From the NCBI GenBank assembly GCA_963833575.1, contig CAWHXY010000004.1:480001-544000 (forward strand): a stretch of 64,000 nucleotides of DNA. The letters run 5' to 3'. The translations under genes were made by a program, and so were the position numbers. The first letter of the stretch is position 1; each line of letters opens with the position of its first letter. The stretch is from Candidatus Bathyarchaeota archaeon (GTDB taxonomy: Archaea; Thermoproteota; Bathyarchaeia; Bathyarchaeales; Bathycorpusculaceae). This document shows positions 58,660 to 64,000 of the stretch, piece by piece. The notes under the pieces are model-generated. The model saw only the letters and a list, made by a program, of their open reading frames with translations. It ran no database searches and was not told the DNA's origin.

Positions 58660-60558
58660 ATGCGAATATTACAGTTACATTCTAACTTTATAGTTTTTAA
58701 GCCTGTTCAGAAAGAAATAGCGATCGCAGAAGAAGCAGAACAGAAAGAAAACCGAGTAGAAGAAGTCGTAGTCTTATTTACTGCAATTGAAGAAGGCGAC
58801 ACCATACAAGTTGGGCAAAAAGCAATTGATGATGTTCGGGCATTTTTGGGGAAACAGAAAACCAACCGCATACTGATTTATCCTTTTGCTCATTTGAGCA
58901 GCAACCTTTCTCAGCCATCAGAAGCCCTCAGAATTATTAAAGACATGGAAACCTACGCTAAAGGGAAAGGCATAGAAACTTACCGCGCCCCGTTTGGGTG
59001 GAATAAACAATTTACTATCGCCATTAAAGGTCACCCGCTCGCTGAGCAAGCACGATCATATGCTCCTACGCCAGTTTCAACTGAAGCGCAACCTGAAGGC
59101 GTATGCAAAAAAGAAGAAGAACCGGTTTCAGCGGCTTTGAAAGCTGAAGATAAGATGCAGTCGTTCTGGCACGTTATCTTACCTGACGGATCTTTGTTGC
59201 CGATTGAAGACTTCAAATTCAAGGGACATACCAACCTACAAAAGTTTTCGCAATACGAAATTAAGAAGGCTAGAGCAGTTACTCAAATGCCACCTCATGT
59301 TACATTAATGAAGAGGTTGGAAATAGCGGATTATGAACCGGGAAGTGACCCTGGAAATATCCGTTGGTATCCTAAAGGGCGCATGATCAAGTCCCTGCTT
59401 GAGCAATATGTCAGTACTAGAGTAGCTGCTTACGGCGGCATGGAAGTAGAAACTCCTATAATGTATGACTTTAATCATCCAAGCCTCAAAAGTTACTTAA
59501 ACCGTTTCCCAGCACGCCAGTACGTGCTGAAATCGGAGGACAAAGAACTTTTCCTGCGTTTCGCCGCATGTTTTGGCCAATTCTTAATGGCCCACGACGC
59601 TCAATTCAGCTACAAACAGCTCCCAATCAAACTGTACGAACTAACCCGCTACAGTTTTAGGCGTGAAAAAAGCGGCGAAGTCGTTGGCTTAAAACGTCTT
59701 AGAGCTTTCACCATGCCTGACTGCCATGCGTTCTGTGCTGACCTTGACCAAGCTAAAAAAGAGTTCATGGTTCGCTTCAACCTCTGCATAGATGTTCTAA
59801 GCAACATAGGCTTTACAAAAGATGATTACGAAATTGCCATGCGATTCACCAAAGGCTTCTATGATGAGCATAAAGATTTCATTGCTGAATTGGCAAAGCA
59901 ATTTGGCAAACCGATGTTGGCTGAAGTTTGGAATGAACGGTTCTTCTATTTTGTGCTCAAATGGGACCTGAACTTTGTTGACAACCAAGACAAAGCGGCT
60001 GCACTTAGCACTGATCAAATTGATGTGGAAAATGCACAACGATATGAAATAACCTTTGTAGACGAGAAGGGCGAAAAACAATACCCACTAATTCTCCATT
60101 GTTCACCCAGCGGCGCAATTGAACGAGACATCTACGCTTTGCTTGAGAAGGCTTATCGTGAGCAAATGGCTGGCAAAGCACCAATGCTTCCACTTTGGCT
60201 CTCACCCACACAAGTGAGGCTGATTCCTATATCAGATAAGTTCCTTGACAAGGTAGGAGAAATCGCTAATCAAATAGGTTCACATTGCATCCGTGTAGAT
60301 ATCGACGACAGTTCATCAACGCTGCAGAAGAAAATCCGTGAAGCAGAGCAGGAATGGATACCGTACATTATTGTTGTCGGTGAAAAAGAAGTTGAATCAT
60401 GTATGCTGTCCGTTAGAGACCGCGAGCTTAAAGGTCACCAGCAAAACATGACCACAGACCAATTAATAATTAAGGTATCTGAGAAAATCGCTGGCAAACC
60501 GTTTAAACCTCTGCCGCTGCCAATGAACCTTTCTAAGAGACCACAGTTTCACGGTTGA
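58660..60558 (+). CDS. thrS: threonyl-tRNA synthetase (archaeal)
   Basis: MRILQLH editing domain, YPFAHLS, RFAACFG, FRRE.SGE, RAFTMPDCH, LHCSPSG.IER. Confidence 0.95.
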   Translation: MRILQLHSNFIVFKPVQKEIAIAEEAEQKENRVEEVVVLFTAIEEGDTIQVGQKAIDDVRAFLGKQKTNRILIYPFAHLSSNLSQPSEALRIIKDMETYAKGKGIETYRAPFGWNKQFTIAIKGHPLAEQARSYAPTPVSTEAQPEGVCKKEEEPVSAALKAEDKMQSFWHVILPDGSLLPIEDFKFKGHTNLQKFSQYEIKKARAVTQMPPHVTLMKRLEIADYEPGSDPGNIRWYPKGRMIKSLLEQYVSTRVAAYGGMEVETPIMYDFNHPSLKSYLNRFPARQYVLKSEDKELFLRFAACFGQFLMAHDAQFSYKQLPIKLYELTRYSFRREKSGEVVGLKRLRAFTMPDCHAFCADLDQAKKEFMVRFNLCIDVLSNIGFTKDDYEIAMRFTKGFYDEHKDFIAELAKQFGKPMLAEVWNERFFYFVLKWDLNFVDNQDKAAALSTDQIDVENAQRYEITFVDEKGEKQYPLILHCSPSGAIERDIYALLEKAYREQMAGKAPMLPLWLSPTQVRLIPISDKFLDKVGEIANQIGSHCIRVDIDDSSSTLQKKIREAEQEWIPYIIVVGEKEVESCMLSVRDRELKGHQQNMTTDQLIIKVSEKIAGKPFKPLPLPMNLSKRPQFHG

Positions 60559-60638
60559 TAAACGAAATACATGTATCGTTGACGCAAAATATATCAAACA
60601 ATCTTGCAGTATGAATCATTGTAAGAAGTGGAAATCAA

Positions 60639-61523
60639 ATGAACAATGAATTGCAAGTCTACATAGACGGCCAATTTTACCCAAAATCGCAGGCTAAGAT
60701 TTCAGTCTATGACCATGGGTTCCTTTACGGAGACGGCGTTTTTGAAGGAATCCGAGAATACAACGGCGTAGTTTTTAAGCTAAAAGAGCATATTGACCGT
60801 CTTTACCGTTCAGCACATGCCGTAACATTGGAAATACCGTTAACTAAAGAAGAAATGATTCAAGCTGTAGTTGAAACCTTAAGAAAAAACAAAATGAAAG
60901 ACTCATACATACGCTTGGTAGTAAGTAGAGGAGTGGGAGACCTCGGTTTAGACCCGCGCAAATGCCCCAAACCCACAATCATAATCATAACTGACACAAT
61001 TAACATAAAAGCAGGAGACGCTAAAGAAACAGGAGTTACAACCATGTTCTCTTGGGTCCGCAGAAACCCAGTTGACGCAACAACACATGAGATAAAATCT
61101 CTCAATTACCTAAACAGCGTGTTGGCAAAAATTGAAGCAAACGCTTGTGGAGTTGATGAAGCCATATGCTTGGAAAGCAACGGTTGTATAGCTGAAGGTG
61201 TTGGTGAAAACGTTTTCATAGTCAAAAACGGCGAACTCTTAACCCCGCCAACATCAACAGGTGCACTTGCAGGTATCACCGCCGAAGTCTTAGAGAAACT
61301 TGCAGCTAAACTAAAAATAAAACTAACAGTAACCAATCTCACTCCATTCATGATGTTCACTGCAGACGAAGCCTTTTTCACAGGAACAGCCATGGAAATG
61401 GTGCCTATAAGAGAAGTCAACAAACGCACAATCGGCACAGGCAAACCTGGACCAATCACAAAGAAGTTGATGGTTGAATTCCAAAAAATAATCGAAGATC
61501 CAACACAAGGCACAATAGTTTAA
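60639..61523 (+). CDS. ilvE: branched-chain amino acid aminotransferase
   Basis: DHGFLYGDGVFEGIR, YIRLVVSRG, KSLNY, L.GIT, EAFFTGT. Confidence 0.95.
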   Translation: MNNELQVYIDGQFYPKSQAKISVYDHGFLYGDGVFEGIREYNGVVFKLKEHIDRLYRSAHAVTLEIPLTKEEMIQAVVETLRKNKMKDSYIRLVVSRGVGDLGLDPRKCPKPTIIIITDTINIKAGDAKETGVTTMFSWVRRNPVDATTHEIKSLNYLNSVLAKIEANACGVDEAICLESNGCIAEGVGENVFIVKNGELLTPPTSTGALAGITAEVLEKLAAKLKIKLTVTNLTPFMMFTADEAFFTGTAMEMVPIREVNKRTIGTGKPGPITKKLMVEFQKIIEDPTQGTIV

Positions 61524-61651
61524 TTTTTCCTTTCTTTAATTATGTTGTTGATAATCCTAATTCGGCTTTTAGTTTGGAATTAGAGGATAAGTAGGTCTTG
61601 TTATTGAATTCTATTAACAAGAATTAGGGATTGGTTGGTAGAATAGTTTTG

Positions 61652-62884
61652 TTAATTAGCTTTGAGTTTTTGCGGTTTTTTGCTTTTGCTTTTCTTCATG
61701 AAGGCTTCCAGTGCATTGAAAGCTTCTTCTAGCTCTGGAATTGGTGGTAGAAATACTGCTCGGGCATGGCCTTTGCCGTAAACTGGGTCGAACCCTGAAC
61801 CGTTGACTATCAACACTCCGGTAGCTTTTAGCAAGTCAACGACGAAGTCCATGTCGGTTTTCCATCTTGTGCCTACGTCGTGGATTTTTGGGAAGATGTA
61901 AAATGCTCCTTCAGGCTTGGTGGTGCTTATGCCTTCAATCTCGTTAAGGCGCTTGCATGAGTAATCTCTTCTTTGGCGTAGTTTTTCGACGACACCTTTG
62001 ATGTGGTCTTGTGGTCCGTTAAGGGCTGCGGCACCTGCTTTCTGCACGGGCGTATTGGCACATAGGCGAATGCGGCATTCTTTTTCGATTCCCTGCCTGA
62101 GTTCATCAAGTTCGCCTTTTTCGTCTTTAAAGTACAAGTACCCCAGTCGTAGCCCTGTCATTTGGTAGGCTTTGGAAAAACCGTTAAACCCTAAAACCGG
62201 AACATCTTTGGCTAAACTGGCGGTGCTGACAAAATTGTCGGAGTAGGTGATTTGGTCGTAGATTTCATCCGACAATACCAGTAGCTTATGTTCTGCGGCA
62301 ACATCTAGCATTTCCTTTATCATTTTTCTGCCGTAAACGGCACCGGTTGGGTTGTTTGGGTTTATGATTACGAGCGCTCGGGTTTTTTTGGAAATTTTTT
62401 TGCGCAAGTCATCCACATTGGGTTGCCAGCATTCGGATTCGACGGTTTCATAAGCGACTGGTGTGCCATCGAAAAATTTGGTGTAAGAAATGTATGGTGG
62501 GTAGGTTGGTCCAGGAAAGAGGATTTCGTCGCCTCTCTCTACGATGGCTGCAAGGGACATTTGTATGCCTTCCGAGATACCTTCGGTGATAAGGACATCG
62601 TCGGCTGTAATGTTAACGTTGTTGACTCTTTTTTCTTTCTTGACAACCGCTTCTCTGAGTTCCAGAATTCCTTCTGAAGGCGAGTAGTAATTGTTGTCTT
62701 CTTGCAGGGCTTTACAGAGGGCAGCTTTAACATGGGAAGGTACGGTTAAGTCGAATGCTGCAGGGTCGCCAATGTTTAAGTAATAGATTTTTTTGCCGTC
62801 TTCAATTAGCTGCTTAGTATGCACTATAACATCACGTATAGCGTATTCAATGTTTGAAGCTCTGCTGGTTACTTTGAAAGCCAA
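61652..62884 (-). CDS. class I/II PLP aminotransferase (alanine aminotransferase-like)
   Basis: YAIRD, LNIGDP, INPNNPTG, SDEIYD, NGFSKAY...G.RLG. Confidence 0.9.
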   Translation of the reverse strand: MAFKVTSRASNIEYAIRDVIVHTKQLIEDGKKIYYLNIGDPAAFDLTVPSHVKAALCKALQEDNNYYSPSEGILELREAVVKKEKRVNNVNITADDVLITEGISEGIQMSLAAIVERGDEILFPGPTYPPYISYTKFFDGTPVAYETVESECWQPNVDDLRKKISKKTRALVIINPNNPTGAVYGRKMIKEMLDVAAEHKLLVLSDEIYDQITYSDNFVSTASLAKDVPVLGFNGFSKAYQMTGLRLGYLYFKDEKGELDELRQGIEKECRIRLCANTPVQKAGAAALNGPQDHIKGVVEKLRQRRDYSCKRLNEIEGISTTKPEGAFYIFPKIHDVGTRWKTDMDFVVDLLKATGVLIVNGSGFDPVYGKGHARAVFLPPIPELEEAFNALEAFMKKSKSKKPQKLKAN

Positions 62885-62994
62885 GTTTTGTTACCTGTAA
62901 CCCAAACACTTGCTAACGGAAAAAATAAATGTTCCTAAGATAATACGGCATGAAATGGCTAACGTATCCTTATCACGCAAAAAAATTGTGCTTG

Positions 62995-64000
62995 TTAGTA
63001 CGACCTCGCAAAATACACCGTTTCTTCAGCTTTTTGTCCGCAGTAAACGCAGTTCGCTGTTGGTTCTTCTTTCTTGAAGGGTCGAACTCTGATGGTTGCG
63101 CCGGTTTCATCTTTTATCTTTGCTTCACATTCGGGGCTGTCGCACCATGCTGCCTTAATGAAACCGCCTTTTTCCTCGAGAACCTTCTTGAATTCCACAT
63201 AGCTTTCTACAGAGGTGGTTTTGTCTTGGAGGATAGCTTTAGCTTTTGCATACATGTTGTCCTGTATTTCCCTCAGCATCTTCTCTACAGTGGCGACTAA
63301 TTCAGCTTCTACTACGGGGGTTTTCTGCCCCGTATCGCGTCGGACCATAACGACTTGGCCCGCTTTGAAGTCTCGTGGACCCAGTTCAATGCGGATTGGG
63401 ATGCCTTTTAGTTCCCACTGGTGAAATTTCCAGCCCGGCGTGTATTCGTTGCGGTCATCGAGGATTACGCTGACACCATGGGTTCTGAGTGTCTCTGCGA
63501 TTTCTTTAGTTTTTGCGGCGATTGCTTCAGCTTCAAGACCCTTGAATGGAATTGGAACGATAACCACCTGGGTTGGTGCAACTTTGGGTGGCATAATCAA
63601 GCCTTTGTCGTCGCCGTGAACCATAACCATGGCACCAATTAGTCGCGTGGTTATGCCCCAGCTGGTCTGCCAAACATGATGGTCCTGTTTGTCTTCACCA
63701 ATAAATTTCACATCAAACACTTTGGCGAAGTGTTGACCTAGGTTATGGCTGGTTCCCATCTGTAGTGCTTTGCCGTCGGGCATAATGGATTCGAGCGATG
63801 TAGTGTAGAGTGCACCAGCGAACTTTTCACTATCACTCTTGGTGCCGACAACCACTGGGATTGCCAAGTAATTCTCCATTATATCTTTGTATTCGCCAAG
63901 TGCGTACATGACCTCTGCTTCAGCTTCCTCACTGGTTGCGTGTGCGGTGTGGCCTTCCTGCCAAAGAAACTCGCGTGTCCGCAAAAACAGCTTCGTCGCT
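62995..64000 (-). CDS. proS: prolyl-tRNA synthetase (archaeal type), 5' end beyond window
   Basis: RTREFLWQEGHTAH, KALQMGTSH.LGQ.F, QTSWG.TTR, HGDD.GL, PGWKF, C-terminal Zn motif and ARSY. Confidence 0.95.
   Translation of the reverse strand, partial: ATKLFLRTREFLWQEGHTAHATSEEAEAEVMYALGEYKDIMENYLAIPVVVGTKSDSEKFAGALYTTSLESIMPDGKALQMGTSHNLGQHFAKVFDVKFIGEDKQDHHVWQTSWGITTRLIGAMVMVHGDDKGLIMPPKVAPTQVVIVPIPFKGLEAEAIAAKTKEIAETLRTHGVSVILDDRNEYTPGWKFHQWELKGIPIRIELGPRDFKAGQVVMVRRDTGQKTPVVEAELVATVEKMLREIQDNMYAKAKAILQDKTTSVESYVEFKKVLEEKGGFIKAAWCDSPECEAKIKDETGATIRVRPFKKEEPTANCVYCGQKAEETVYFARSY

Overview
Archaeal chromosome segment, most consistent with Bathyarchaeia (inferred from TFE, aTrm56, aMBF1, NAC, archaeal ThrRS/ProRS, DUF5752 and PEF-CTERM proteins, plus GGAGG/GGTGA SD motifs). 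It carries a Fd-MvhD repeat protein with nfnAB, trxB, a rubredoxin-ThDP enzyme fusion, a hisGDCBHAFI operon, an MntA/HepT toxin-antitoxin pair, amrS, acdA, ino1, a PAS sensor kinase, a GcvH/CoADR/OsmC/IscSU/TusA/DsrE cluster, a YHS-fused glucan phosphorylase, the tfe-trm56-hflX-mbf1-PUA-nac region, tRNA-iMet, tRNA-Val and a C/D-box sRNA. The three most unusual signals are: (1) a dispersed non-coding repeat family at three loci, each a tandem pair of a 10-bp-phased TG(A/T)C array plus a conserved ~50-bp motif; (2) three ORFs (hflX, nfnA, a small ORF) that appear to start at ACG behind SD motifs; (3) three tandem hairpins with a shared GGG(T)GCAC loop near tRNA-iMet. No CRISPR array, transposase or integrase was seen. 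All calls are by eye; no searches were run.
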